A DNA stretch of 64,000 bases, from positions 930,001 to 994,000 of the forward strand of contig NW_027140453.1 in NCBI RefSeq assembly GCF_036365525.1. The letters are read 5' to 3'. The notes under the pieces are model-generated. The model ran no database searches and was not told the origin of the DNA. It saw only the letters and a list, made by a program, of their open reading frames with translations. A program made the position numbers and the translations under genes. The DNA comes from Heterodontus francisci (Eukaryota). Positions 38,420 through 50,042 of this stretch are shown one piece after another. Numbering within the stretch: the first letter of the stretch is position 1; every line of letters begins with the position of its first letter.

Positions 38420-38888
38420 GAGAAAGAGTGTGTATGTGTGTGAAAGAGAGAGCGAGATCTAGTGAGAGAGAGGAAAAACGACAGGCAGAGTTAAAGAGAC
38501 TGAGACAGAGAGAGATACAGCGATCGAGGCAAAGACAGTGAGACAGCAAGAGACACATAATGAGGGAGAGAGAGAGACACTGAGATAAAGAGCTTGTGAC
38601 AGATAGGGAGATAGATCTAGAGAGAGACAGAGACAGGGAAATAACTGAAGAGATAACAAGATTAAGAGAGAGGGAGAGTCAGAGAGAAGGAGAGAATGGG
38701 AGACATAACCTTAGATACATGAGGAGAGAGAGAGTCAGAGAGAGAAAGTGAGCCAAGATAGACTGAGATAGAGAGGGAGAGAGAGTCTGAGAAAGGAAGA
38801 GAGTGGGAGACATAAACCTAGACACATGAGGAGAGAGAGAGAGAGAGACAGAGAGAGAGTGCAAGAGAGCGGAAGGTAAACTGAGATA

Positions 38889-38940
<52 letters not shown>
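38420..38940. repeat. GA-rich low-complexity tract
   Basis: Direct reading. Confidence 0.85.
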
Positions 38941-38959
38941 CAAATTGGCAGCCAATTCA

Positions 38960-39070
38960 ATTCTGATTTGTTGAACTGGGTGAATGGGCGTCTCCAACAT
39001 TGTATCACTTCCTAATGCTCTTCATGTTCCTCCCAATGATTTGTAAAGAGTGGATTTGGACCCTCACAAG
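38960..39070 (+). promoter_or_regulatory. Conserved V promoter of the CAWS family (copies at ~47095, 49537 partial, 56870, 58775)
   Basis: Shared block ctgattgg..gggcgtgtccaaca..catcacttcct..caatgatttgtaaagag, 60-170 bp upstream of leader ATGs; contains inverted CCAAT, GC/KLF box and ETS motifs. Confidence 0.7.
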
Positions 39071-39127
39071 AGTCTAAGCTCCTGATCTCACTCCTGTGTC
39101 TATTAAGAGAACAAGTTGAAGTGAAAG

Positions 39128-39583
39128 ATGTATCTGTTACTGTGTCTGATAATCTTGTTTCATTGTAAGTGAATGTGAAATGCAAAAACTATCGGTAATA
39201 ACTGTCCCCTCTTCTCCCTGTCTCCCTTTCATTCCCAGAAGTTCCCTGTTTACTGATCTCCTCCTCTCTCCATCTCTCTCCCAGATGTGAACTCACAGAC
39301 TATCCTCCAGACTCCCGCTGCTGTCTCCAGATTTCCCGGGAAAGGAGTGGAACTGAGGTGCACAGTGGAGGGGAGCAGCAGTAACATCTACATGTACTGG
39401 TACAGACAAGAGCCAGGGAAGGAGCCGCTGTTGATGTTTTACTCCAATACTGCTAACTATGTGGATCCAGAGGGGACGGTGGACGGTTTTACCGCCAAGA
39501 AACTGAATAAGTACGAGTTCAAACTGGAGTCCTCCAACCTGCGGGAGAATCACTCAGCCATGTATTTCTGTGCCTGGAGTCTT
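39128..39583 (+). CDS. TRBV: TCR (beta) V segment, functional, TRBV30-like; leader 39128-39164, V exon 39285-39583
   Basis: MYLLLCLIILFHYVNSQTILQTP..LRCTVEGSSSNIYMYWYRQ..AMYFCAWSL. Confidence 0.94.
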
Positions 39584-39622
39584 CACAGTGACTCAGAGAG
39601 ATGGAGAAGTTCAACAAAAACC
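39584..39622 (+). other. 23-RSS (consensus)
   Basis: CACAGTG-23nt-ACAAAAACC. Confidence 0.96.
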
Positions 39623-39963
39623 CCAAAGGCAGCAGGAAACACCTGTGTCAGATAAAACCAGTCGGTGCTGCTTCCTGTTGGTTTTTTTTTTATCATTGGG
39701 AACATGTTTCTCACAAGAAGACAGTGCGGATTTAAATAGAAAGTGACAGGTTAGATATAGAAGCACAGGGGAATTGTGGAATAGACTTTGCAGAAATGAT
39801 ATCAGAACACAGAGGTTAAAGTTATCAAGATAGTTTGAACATCGGGGGATCTTTGCTCCAGAAAGGAGAAACTGAAGGGTAAGCATTCAACGGTCTTAGA
39901 GAGATTATTACAGATTTTAATATGTGAAATGAAGATCAGATAAACACAGATAGATAGATAGAG

Positions 39964-39994
<31 letters not shown>

Positions 39995-40584
39995 TACATC
40001 CGTTGTCGTTGGATGTCACGGTGTTTTCTTTCTCCAAAGGGACAGCAGAGTGCGCTGCAGGACCATGATAAACATCAGAGTCTGGAACACACTTTAACAG
40101 CGACCTGGGAACACAAGGAGTTCATTCATCACCTCGAAAACACTCCGCCCTTCAATGAGATCATGACTGATCAGTAACGTCCTGTCGCTCCCTCTCTCCA
40201 TCCCTCTCTCTCCCTCTCTCCATCCCTCTCTCTCCATCCCTCTCTCTTCCTCTCTCTCCCTCTCTCCATCCCTCTCCCTCCAAACCTCTCCCTCTCTCTA
40301 GCCCTCACTACACGTAGGCAAACAACCCCACAATGTATAGGAACTAACTCAGCTCGGAACTCTTAACCATCTGAGCGCTGTTTCACACTGTTCAAAAGTG
40401 AGACCCCTCTCCAGATACCTTCATCTCCGGGACTGGGACATCTGCCTCCTGACGGCGAGATCAGAAGCTGCTGAAACCTGTTTACCAACTTTCATCTCAG
40501 ACTCGAGTCGCATTTGATGTGTTCTTCAAAGAAACCAGCAGTTCAGACCAGTGAACAATTTAACCCTTTAACTCCCATTCAGCA

Positions 40585-40950
40585 AAGAGGTACGGTAGCA
40601 GAGTGGTTATTTTACTGGACTAGTAATCCAGAGGCCTGTACTAATGATCCCCGGACATGAGTTCAATTTTCACCAGGGGCAGAAATGGAATTTAAATTCA
40701 ATTAAATAAATAAATAGAAATCTGTCATGGAAAGTATGAGTAATCCTGTACATGGAGTGTCGTAAAAACCCAACGGATTCATTGATGTCCTTCAAGGAAG
40801 GAAATCTGCCGTTCTAACCCGGTCTGGCCTATAAGTGACTGCAGACCCACAGCAATGAGGTTGACTATTAACTGCCCTCTGATATGGCCCAGCAGGTACT
40901 CCCAAAGATGGTTCACCATCACCTTCTCAGGGTCAATAAGGGATGGGCAC
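40585..40950 (+). mobile_element. tRNA-derived SINE
   Basis: A/B-box-like head (ggtagcagagtggtta..gagttcaatt); related copies on minus strand at ~36130-36330 and 46490-46890. Confidence 0.65.
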
Positions 40951-41237
40951 ACTCTCTGGGTATAGAGGCTTGTTTCCCTGAATTCTACTCTATCAAAGCC
41001 CTTTCTGAAATGTGAACACCTCTATTCAATCTCCCCCTATCCTCCTGTGTTGTATCATTCCACAACATTGTTATGCAAAGTAATGGGGTGGAGCAGAGTG
41101 TCGCAGTAAGTGACTGCCAATAACAATGACAACTGGATGCTGGGTATTTAATTGGATACGATATAGAAAACGCCTGCAAGTGTGTTGTTGAAAACTCCAC
41201 ACGTTCACACATCGAGTTAGTATCGAATGAAGAAATC

Positions 41238-42070
41238 ATGTTGCATGAAGTTCTCTGTTTAATCTTGATGGCTGCATTCTTTCCACGTAAGTGAAAGTCA
41301 GAAACTGTGTAGAATAATGTATTGTAATGTCAGCGGTGATTCTGTCTGGAACACTCCTGTGTCTGAGTCTCACTCCACAACACTTGAGCTCAAAGTCAAA
41401 AGTAACACCCCAGGTGTCAGGGCTGAGGGAGTGCTGCACTGTCGCAGAGGCAGGACTGAGGGAGTGCTGCACTATCGCAGAGGCAGTACTGAGGGAGTGC
41501 TGCACTATCGCAGAGGCAGTATTGAGGGAGTGCTGCACTGTCGCAGAGGCAGTACTGAGGGAGTGCTGCACTATCGCAGAGGCAGTACTGAGGGAGTGCT
41601 GCACTGTCGCAGAGGCAGTACTGAGGGAGTAACTACATTGGTTGCAAAGCCTTTCTGATGTCTTGAGGTCCTGAACGGCGCTATATTAATGTCAGCCCTT
41701 TCTTTCTTGCAATGCAGCTCCTGCTCCAATCCATTATTGACTGAAATAATAATTTAATCGATGTTCCATCCCACAGGAATACTCGCCTCCTATGTGGAAC
41801 AGTCGCCCTCTATCCTATCGATTGCAGCAGGAGATTCAACAACACTCAGATGCACGCTGACCAATACTGGCTGTACATTAATGTACTGGTACAGACAACA
41901 ACCAGACAGGGCACTGGAATCTCTGTTCTATTCTGCGACAGAAGGGTCTGTTACAAATTACACGTCTGAGTCATTTAATGCAGTCAGATCCAGCAATGCA
42001 CTGTTTACTTTGGCACTGAGAAACGCTGCTCCATCTCACACCGCTGTCTATTTCTGTGCTTGCAGTATCG
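41238..42070 (+). CDS. TRBV: TCR V segment of a distinct family, open frame, two extra Cys; leader 41238-41286, V exon 41777-42070
   Basis: MLHEVLCLILMAAFFPRILASYVEQSP..LRCTLTNTGCTLMYWYRQ..AVYFCACSI; GT/AG intact. Confidence 0.9.
41410..41710 (+). mobile_element. DeuSINE remnant with ~6 tandem 33-bp units inside the V leader intron
   Basis: gcagtactgagggagtgctgcactgtcgcagag repeats, then SINE tail ggcgctatattaatg. Confidence 0.75.
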
Positions 42071-42109
42071 CACAGTGTTTGAGAAAGCGGATTCGCAGCT
42101 GCAAGAACC
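42071..42109 (+). other. 23-RSS
   Basis: CACAGTG-23nt-GCAAGAACC. Confidence 0.9.
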
Positions 42110-42129
42110 TGCAGCGGATGAACGGGAGT

Positions 42130-42350
42130 TCAGTGCTCATCATCCACCGGCAGGGGGCAGCAGTAGATTGAATGTCAGTGTTCATCTTCCACCAGCAGGG
42201 GCAGCAGTAGATTGAATGTCTGTCCTCATTTTCCCCCGACAGGGGGCAACAGTAGATTGAATCGCTGTGCTCATCTTCCACCGGCAGGGGGCAGCAGTAG
42301 ATTGAATCTCAGTGCTCATTTTCCACCAGCAGTTGGCAGCAGTGGATTTG
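42130..42350 (+). promoter_or_regulatory. Five 45-bp tandem repeats each carrying a CTCF-like core
   Basis: CCGGCAGGGGGCAG at 42147 and 42281 match CCRSYAGRKGGCRS exactly; other units are variants. Confidence 0.65.
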
Positions 42351-42461
42351 AGCCTCCCTGATGGTTATGGACCCAGTAATAGAACACAGACCTTAGAACA
42401 TTACAGCGCAGTCCAGGCGCTTCGGCCCTCGATGTTGCGGCGACCTGTGAAACCATCTGAC

Positions 42462-44861
42462 CTAAACTATACCATTTTCATCCATATGTCTATCCAATGA
42501 CCACTTAAATGCCCTTAAAGTTGGCGAGTCTACTACTGTTGCAGGCAGGGCGTTCCACGCCCCTACTACTCTCTGAGTAAAGAAACTACCTCTGACATCT
42601 GTCCTATATCTATCACCCCTCAACTTAAAGCTATGTTCCCTCGTGTTTGCCATCACCATCTGAGGAAAAAGACTCTCACTATCCAACCTATCTAATCCTC
42701 TGATTATCTTATATGTCTCTATTAAGTCACCTTTCCTCCTCCTTCTCTCCAACGAAAACAACCTCAAGTCCCTCAGCCTTTCCTCATAAGACCTTCCCTC
42801 CACACCAGACAACAACCTAGTAAATCTCCTCTGTACCCTTTCCAAAGCTTCCACATCCTTCCTATAATACGGTGACCAGAACTGCACGCAATACTCCAGG
42901 TGCGGCCGCACCAGAGTTTTGTACAGCTGCAGCATGACCTCGTGGCTCCGAAACTCGATCCCCCTACTAATAAAAACTAACACACCGTATGCCTTCTTAA
43001 CAGCCCTATTAACCTGGGTGGCAACTTTCAGGGATTTATGTACCTGGACACCAAGATCTCTCTGCTCATCGACACTACCAAGAATCTTCCCATTAGCCCA
43101 GTACTCTGCATTCCTGTTACTCCTTCCAAAGTGAATCACCTCACACTTTTCCGCATTTAACTCCATTTTCCATCTCTCAGCCCAGCTCTGCAGCCTATCT
43201 ATGTCCATCTGTAACCAACAACATCCTTCGGCAATATCCACAACTCCACCGACATTTGTGTCATCCACAAATTTACTAACCCACCCTTCTACACCCTCAT
43301 CCAGGTCATTTATAAAAATGACAAACAGCAGTGGCCCCCAAACAGATCCTTGCGGTACACCACTAGTAACTAAACTCCAGGATGAACATTTACCATCAAC
43401 CACCACCCTCTGTCTTCTTTCAGCGAGCCAATTTCTGATCCAAATCACTAAATCACCTTCAATCCCATACTTCCGTATTTTCTGCAATAGCCTACCGTGG
43501 GGAACCTTACCAAACGCCTTACTGAAATCCATATACACCACATCCACGGCTTTACCCTCATCCACCTGTTTGGTCACCATCTCAAAAAACTCAATAAGGT
43601 TTGTGAGGCACGACCTACCCTTCACAAAACCGTGCTGACTATCGCTGATGAACTTATTCTTTTCAAGATGATTATAAATCCTATCTCTTATAACCTTTTC
43701 CAACATTTTACCCACAACCGAAGTAAGGCTCACAGGTCTATAATTACCAGGGCTGTCTCTACTCCCCTTCCTGAACAAGGGGACAACATTTGCTATCCTC
43801 CAGTCTTCCGGCACTTTTCCTGTCAACAATGACGACATAAAGATCAAGGACAAAGGCTCTGCAATCTCCTCCCTGGCTTCCCAGAGAATTCTAGGATAAA
43901 TCTCATCTGGCCCAGGGGACTTATCTATTTTCACACTTTCCAAAATTGCTAACACCTCCTCCTTGTGAACCTCAATCCCATCTAGCCTAGTAGTCTGTAT
44001 CTCAGTATTCTCCTCGACAACATTTTCTTTCTCTACTGTAAATACTGATGCTAAATATTCATTTAACGCAACCCCTATCTCCTCTGATTCCACACACAAC
44101 TTCCCACTACTATTCTTGATTGGCCCTAATCTAACTCTAGTCATTCTTTTATTCCTGATATACCTATAGAAAGCCTTAGGGTTTTCCTTGATCCTATCCG
44201 CCAATGACTTCTCGTGTCCTCTCCTCGCTCTTCCAAGCTCTCCCTTTCGATCCTTCCTGGCTAGCTTGTAACTCTCAAGCGCCCAAACTGAGCCTTCACG
44301 TCTCATCCTAACATAAGCCTTCTTCTTCCTCTTGACAAGCGCTTCAACTTCTTTAGTAAACCACGGCTCCCTCGCTCGACAACTTCCTCCCTGCCTGACA
44401 GGTACATACTTATCAAGGACACGCAGTAGCTGCTCCTTGAATAAGCTCCACATTTCGATTGTGCCCATCCCCTGCAGTTTCCTTCCCCATCCTACGCATC
44501 CTAAATCTTGCCTAATCGCATCATAATTTCCTTTCCCCCAGCTATAATTCTTGCCCTGCTGTATATGCCTGTCCCTGCCCATTGCTAAGGTAAACCTAAC
44601 CGAATTGTGATCACTATCACCAAAGTGCTCACCTACATCTAAATCTAACACCTGGCCGGGTTCATTACCCAGTACCAAATCCAATGTGGCATCGCCCCTG
44701 GTTGGCCTGTCTACATACTGTGTCAGAAAACCCTCCTGCACACACTGGACAAAAACTGACCCATCTAAAGTACTCAAACTATGGTATTTCCAGTCAATAT
44801 TTGGAAAGTTTAAGTCCCCCATAACAACTATCCTGTTACTCTCGCTGCTGTCGAGAATCAT
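42462..44861 (-). CDS. CR1 ORF2 (endonuclease C-terminal part plus full RT), split from its N-terminus by the SINE
   Basis: GDLNFP, SDH, QHGF, DFSKAFGKV, GVPQGS, FVDD and LVRPHLEYC motifs. Confidence 0.9.
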   Translation of the reverse strand: MILDSSESNRIVVMGDLNFPNIDWKYHSLSTLDGSVFVQCVQEGFLTQYVDRPTRGDATLDLVLGNEPGQVLDLDVGEHFGDSDHNSVRFTLAMGRDRHIQQGKNYSWGKGNYDAIRQDLGCVGWGRKLQGMGTIEMWSLFKEQLLRVLDKYVPVRQGGSCRAREPWFTKEVEALVKRKKKAYVRMRREGSVWALESYKLARKDRKGELGRARRGHEKSLADRIKENPKAFYRYIRNKRMTRVRLGPIKNSSGKLCVESEEIGVALNEYLASVFTVEKENVVEENTEIQTTRLDGIEVHKEEVLAILESVKIDKSPGPDEIYPRILWEAREEIAEPLSLIFMSSLLTGKVPEDWRIANVVPLFRKGSRDSPGNYRPVSLTSVVGKMLEKVIRDRIYNHLEKNKFISDSQHGFVKGRSCLTNLIEFFEMVTKQVDEGKAVDVVYMDFSKAFGKVPHGRLLQKIRKYGIEGDLVIWIRNWLAERRQRVVVDGKCSSWSLVTSGVPQGSVWGPLLFVIFINDLDEGVEGWVSKFVDDTNVGGVVDIAEGCCWLQMDIDRLQSWAERWKMELNAEKCEVIHFGRSNRNAEYWANGKILGSVDEQRDLGVQVHKSLKVATQVNRAVKKAYGVLVFISRGIEFRSHEVMLQLYKTLVRPHLEYCVQFWSPYYRKDVEALERVQRRFTRLLSGVEGRSYEERLRDLRLFSLERRRRKGDLIETYKIIRGLDRLDSESLFPQMVMANTREHSFKLRGDRYRTDVRGSFFTQRVVGAWNALPATVVDSPTLRAFKWSLDRHMDENGIV

Positions 44862-44905
44862 CTTTGCTATCCTCTCCTCTACATCTCTGGAACTATTCGG
44901 AGGTC

Positions 44906-45264
44906 TAGATTAGATTAGATTAGACATACAGCACTGAAACAGGCCCTTCGGCCCACCTAATCTGTGCCGACCATCAACCACCCATTTATACCAATCCTAC
45001 ACTAATCCCATATTCCTACCAAACATCCCCACCTGTCCCTATATTTCCCTACCACCTACCTATACTAGTGACAATTTATAATGGCCAATTTACCTACCAA
45101 CCTGCAAGTCTTTTGGCTTGTGGGAGGAAACCGCAGCACCCGGAGAAAACCCACGCAGACACAGGGAGAACTTGCAAACTGCACATCGGCAGTACCCAGA
45201 ATCAAACCCGGGTCCCTGGAGCTGTGAGGCTGCAGTGCTAACCACTGTGCCACTGTGGCGCCCC
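44906..45264 (-). mobile_element. HE1-like V-SINE inserted in CR1 ORF2
   Basis: tRNA-like head (gtggcacagtggttagcactgc..gggtttgatt), V-domain-like core tgtgtctgcgtgggttttctccgggtgctgcggtttcctcccaca, CR1-like tail and (TCTAA)n; AGGTC on both flanks. Confidence 0.85.
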
Positions 45265-47261
45265 ACAGGTCCATAGAAAACTCCCAACACGGTGACCTCT
45301 CCTCTCCTGTTTCTAACCTCGGCCCATACTACCTCAGTGGACGAGTCCTCAAACGTCCTTTCTGCCGCCGTAATACTCTCCTTGATTAACAATGCCACAC
45401 CCCACCCCCACCCCCCTCTTTTACCATCTTCTCTGTTCTTACTGAAAGATCTAAATCCCGGAACCTGCAGCATCCATTCCTGTCCCTGCTCTACCCATGT
45501 CTCCGAAATGGCCACAACATCGAGATCCCAGGTACCAACCCATGCTGCAAGCTCACCCACCTTATTCCGGATGCTGCTGGCGTTGAAGTAGACACACTTT
45601 AAACCAAGTTCTTGCTTGCCAGTGCCCTCTTGCGTCCCTGTAACCTTATCCCCTACCTCACTACTTTCAACAGCCTGTACACTGGAACTACAATTTAGGT
45701 TCCCATCCCCCTGCTGAATAAGTTTAAACCCCCCCGAAGATCACTAGCAAATCTCCCCCCCCAGGATATTGGTACCCCTCTGGTTCAGGTGAAGACCATC
45801 CTGTTTGTAGAGGTCCCACCTACCCCAGAAAGAGCCCCAATTATCCAGGAAACCAAAACCCTCCCTCCTACACCATCCCTGCAGCCACGTGTTCAACTCC
45901 TCTCTCTCCCTATTCCTCGCTTCGCTAGCACGTGGCACGGGCAAGAACCCAGAGATAACAACTCTGTTTGTTCTCGCTCTAAGCTTCCACCCTAGCTCCC
46001 TGAATTTCTGCCTTAAATCCACATCTCTCTTCCTACCTATGTCGTTGGTGCCTATGTGGACCACGACTTGGGGCTGCTCCCCCTACCCCTTAAGGATCCC
46101 AAAAACACTATCCGAGACATCACAAACCCTGGCACCTGGGAGGCAACACATCAACCGTGAGTCTCTCTCGTTCCCACAGAACCTCCTCTCTGTTCCCCTA
46201 ACTATGGAGTCCCTAATGTCTAATGCTCTGCTCCTCTTCCCCCTTCCCTTCTGAGCAACAGGGACAGACTCTGCACCAGCGACCTGTACCCCATTGCTTA
46301 CCCCTGGTAAGTCGTCCCCCCCCCAACAGTATCCAAAACGGTATATCCAAAATGAGCACAGACCAAGCTGTAGAATAGATCAGCAGCCCAGTATGACCCA
46401 AATATTGTTCCACCTACATCCCTCGGGCCAGTGTTGCAGAAAACGTTTGCCAGGAGTCCCACCTGACTATTTGAGAATCAACATCTAGCTGTTGTTTTCT
46501 TAATTCGTTCATGTGATGTGGGCCTCGCTGGTTAGGCCAGCATTTATTGCCCATCTCTAATTGCCCTTGAACTGAGAGGCTTGCTGGGCCATTGCAGAGG
46601 GCATTTAATAGTCAAACACATTGTGTGGATCTGGAGTCACATGTAGGCCAGACCAGGTGAAGGCGGCAGATTTCCTTCCCTCATAGTCGTCAGAGAACTG
46701 GATGGATTTTTGAAACAATGGACACGATTAGACGAGCTTTCTTTCCAAAAAAAAATCCAGATTTATTAATGGCATTGAAATTTCATGATCTGTATTGGTG
46801 GGATTCACCCCACATCGCTAAAACACTAGCAGAGACTGTGGATTAGGAGTCTCGTTAAATTACCAACACACTAATACATCCCCGACAGGAGCAGATCATT
46901 TGGAATCCAGATGTCTGTAATTGGAAATCTACATGTGGCTAATTTGGGAATGCCGATGAGGTTCATTTGGAAATCTGGATATGAACAACTGGAGAGTTCT
47001 AATCAGTAAATTAGAAACTGAACAACAGACACCCTTGTTGGGGATATTAACAACACTTAATCCAGTCACTCAACCATCAAAAGCAACCACGTCCATTCTG
47101 ATTGGTTGGGTGGTGGAAAGGGGCGTGTCCAACACTGCATCACTTCCTCATGCCCTTCATGTTTTCCTCAATGATTTGTAAAGAGCGGATTGGTTAGTCA
47201 CAGAACTGATCCCCTCTGTTCCACTGCCTTTGCTGTTTGAGAGGGCAGTGTCAAGTGGGCG

Positions 47262-47713
47262 ATGTATCTGTTCCTGGCTCTGATAATCCTGGTTCAACGT
47301 GAGTGCCAAATACAAGGATTATCCTTCAGAACCTTTCTCTCCTCTCCCTGTTTTTCTTTCATTCCCAGAAGTTCCCTGTTTACTGATCTCCTCCTCTCTC
47401 CATCTCTCTCCCAGATGTGAACTCAAAGAATATCCACCAGACTCCCGCCGCTGTCTCCAGATTTCCCGGGAAAGGAATGGAACTGAGGTGCACTGTGGAG
47501 GGGAGCAGCAGTACCCTCTACATGTACTGGTACAGACAAGAGCCGGGGAAGGAGCCGCTGCTGATGTTTTACTCCAATACTGCTAACTATGTGGATCCAG
47601 AGGGGACGGTGGACGGTTTTACTGCCGAGAGACCGACTGACTCCCAGTTCAACCTGGAGTCCTCCAGCCTGTAGGAAAATCACTCGGCCGTGTATTTCTG
47701 TGCCTGGAGTCTT
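47262..47713 (+). pseudogene. TCR V pseudogene (TAG at 47672-47674 in FR3); leader 47262-47298, V exon 47415-47713
   Basis: CTG TAG GAA where paralogs have CTG CGG GAG; otherwise intact. Confidence 0.92.
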
Positions 47714-47752
47714 CACAGTGACTCAGAGAGATGGAGCAGTTCAACAAAAACC
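47714..47752 (+). other. 23-RSS (consensus)
   Basis: CACAGTG-23nt-ACAAAAACC. Confidence 0.96.
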
Positions 47753-49757
47753 CCAAAGGCAGCAGGAAACACCTGTTTCAGATAAAACCAGGTGGTGCTG
47801 CGTCTTGTTGGGTGTTGTTTTTTTTATTATTGGGAACATGTTTTTCACAAGAAGACAGGGCGAAATTTAATAGAAAGTCACTCTAGAATTTGCCTTTATA
47901 GCCACTCCAGGCGCTGCTCCACACACCACTGACCACCTCCAGGCGCTTACTCATTGTCTCTCGAGATAAGGAGGCCAAAGAAGACGAAGATATAGAAACA
48001 CAGGGGAATTGTGAAATAGACTTTACAGGAATGATATCAAAACACAGAGGTTAAAGTTATCAAGATAATTTGAGCATCGGGGGATCTTTGCTCCACAAAG
48101 GTGAAGACTGAAGGGTCAACGTTCAGCGGTCTTTGAGAGGTTAATAAATATTTTAATATGTGAAATGAAGATCAGATAAAGNNNNNNNNNNNNNNNNNNN
48201 NNNNNNNNNNNNNNNNNNNNNNNNNNNNNNNNNNNNNNNNNNNNNNNNNNNNNNNNNNNNNNNNNNNNNNNNNNNNNNNNNNNNNNNNNNNNNNNNNNNN
48301 NNNNNNNNNNNNNNNNNNNNNNNNNNNNNNNNNNNNNNNNNNNNNNNNNNNGTGTTATGTCACTGTGTTTTCTTTCTCCAAAGGGACAGCAGAGTGCGCT
48401 GTAGGACCATGATAAATATCAGAGTCTGGAACACACTTTGACAGTGACCTGGGAACACAACGAGAACATTCATCACCTCGGAAACACTCCGCCCTTCAAT
48501 GAGATCACGACTGATCAATACATTCCCATCGCTCCCTCTCTGCATTCCACTCTCTCCCTCTCCATCCCTCTCTCCATCCCTCTTTCTCCCTTTATTTCCA
48601 TCCCTCTCTCTCACTCTATCTACCAAGCTGGTGTAAAATGAGAGAATGCCGTTATACATTCCTGTCTTTTACAGGGGCAGTGACTGTCTCTCTATCTATC
48701 TCTCGATTTCTCTCCCTCTCTCTATATCTATCTGTCTACCTGACTGTCTCTCTATCTAGCTCGATATTTCTCTACCTATCTGACTTTCCCTCCATCTCTC
48801 TATTTCTCTACCTCTCTCTATATCAATCTGTCGACCTGACTGTCTCTCTCTCTATCTATCTCTCTACCTGGTTGTCGATCTCTTTGTCTCTCTATCTATC
48901 TATCTCTCTACCTGTTTAAATATCTCTCTGTCTCTGTATCCATCTAACTCTATCTTTAGGCGATTACAGTTCGTGTGAACTAATTAAATATACTGCAGTA
49001 ATGTAACAAATGACTGTCTTTTCATAGATTTTCTATATATTAACCAGTAGAAGATGTCGTTCATCATCAATTATCTATCAAAATCCTCTATGATCTTCAA
49101 TATCTGGATCACATCTACCATTAACCTTCTCTGCTCTAAGGAGAGAAACCCCCAGCTTCTCCAGTCTCTCCACAGTAACTGAAGTCCCTCATCCCTGGCA
49201 CCAGTCTGGTTAACCTCCCTCTAACCTTCACTGCAAAGAGGCGAACAACTCCCAAATGTACAGGAACTCAATACATCTGGCGATTAAACATCGAGACAGA
49301 GAGGGTGAATCAGGGAGACATAGAGAGGAAACACTCAGCATAAATGAAGGGGTCAGAGGGAGACAGAGAGAGGAAGATGCACACACACGCGTGCGCACAC
49401 ACAGATACAGAGAGAAAAAGAGAGAGAAAGAATGGGAGACAAAGCTCGATACATGCAGAGAGAGAGTGAGCAACAAATAGTAAGAAAGAGAGAGGAAGAT
49501 GCACACACGCGCATACACACACACAGATACAGATCCTGTTCCTCCCAATGATTTGTAAAGAGTGGGTTGGTTATTGACAGCACTCATCATTCCTGCTCTC
49601 TCCCCTTTGCTGATTCATTGAGATTTCATTGAAACAATATTTCTACTTCACATTTCTTTTGGTTATGTTTTTATTTATTTATCTATTTCTTTCTCTCTCC
49701 CCACTGGACTGAAGTTCCCTGTTTATTGATCTCGTCCTCTCCCTGTCTCTTTCCCAG

Positions 49758-50042
49758 ATGTGAACTCACAGACTACCCGCCGCTGTCTCCAAATTTCCTG
49801 GTGAGCAGGTGAAGCTGAAATGCACCGTGGATGGTAGCAGTGACCCTTACATATACTGGTACAGACAATACCCGGGGAAGGAGCTGCAGCTGATGTTTTA
49901 CTCCCTAACTGCACAAGGGGTGAACTCAAAGGGGACGGTGGAGGCTTTCACCACCGAAAGACCGACTGACTCCACGTTCGACCTGGAGTCCTCCAGCCGA
50001 CGGGAGAATCATTCGGCCGTATATTCCTGTGCCTGGAGTAAT
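49758..50042 (+). pseudogene. TCR V pseudogene: no leader exon, ~11-nt FR1 deletion causing frameshift, YSC for YFC
   Basis: cagacta^cccgcc versus cagactatcctccagactcccgct in the paralog; promoter remnant at 49537 not followed by an atgtatc leader. Confidence 0.9.

Larger units (their letters stand above)
42375..46345 (-). mobile_element. Near-complete CR1 LINE (5'-truncated in ORF1), interrupted by a SINE
   Basis: ORF1 esterase remnant 45720-46345 (VHIGTNDIG, DGLHL); endonuclease N-terminus 45270-45600; long ORF2 42462-44861; 3' UTR to ~42375. Confidence 0.93.

Noticed and set aside
41238-42109. NAR-TCR cassette (NAR V-D-J plus supporting Vdelta)
   Set aside because: This V has its own leader, and I found no D or J segments or 12-RSS around it
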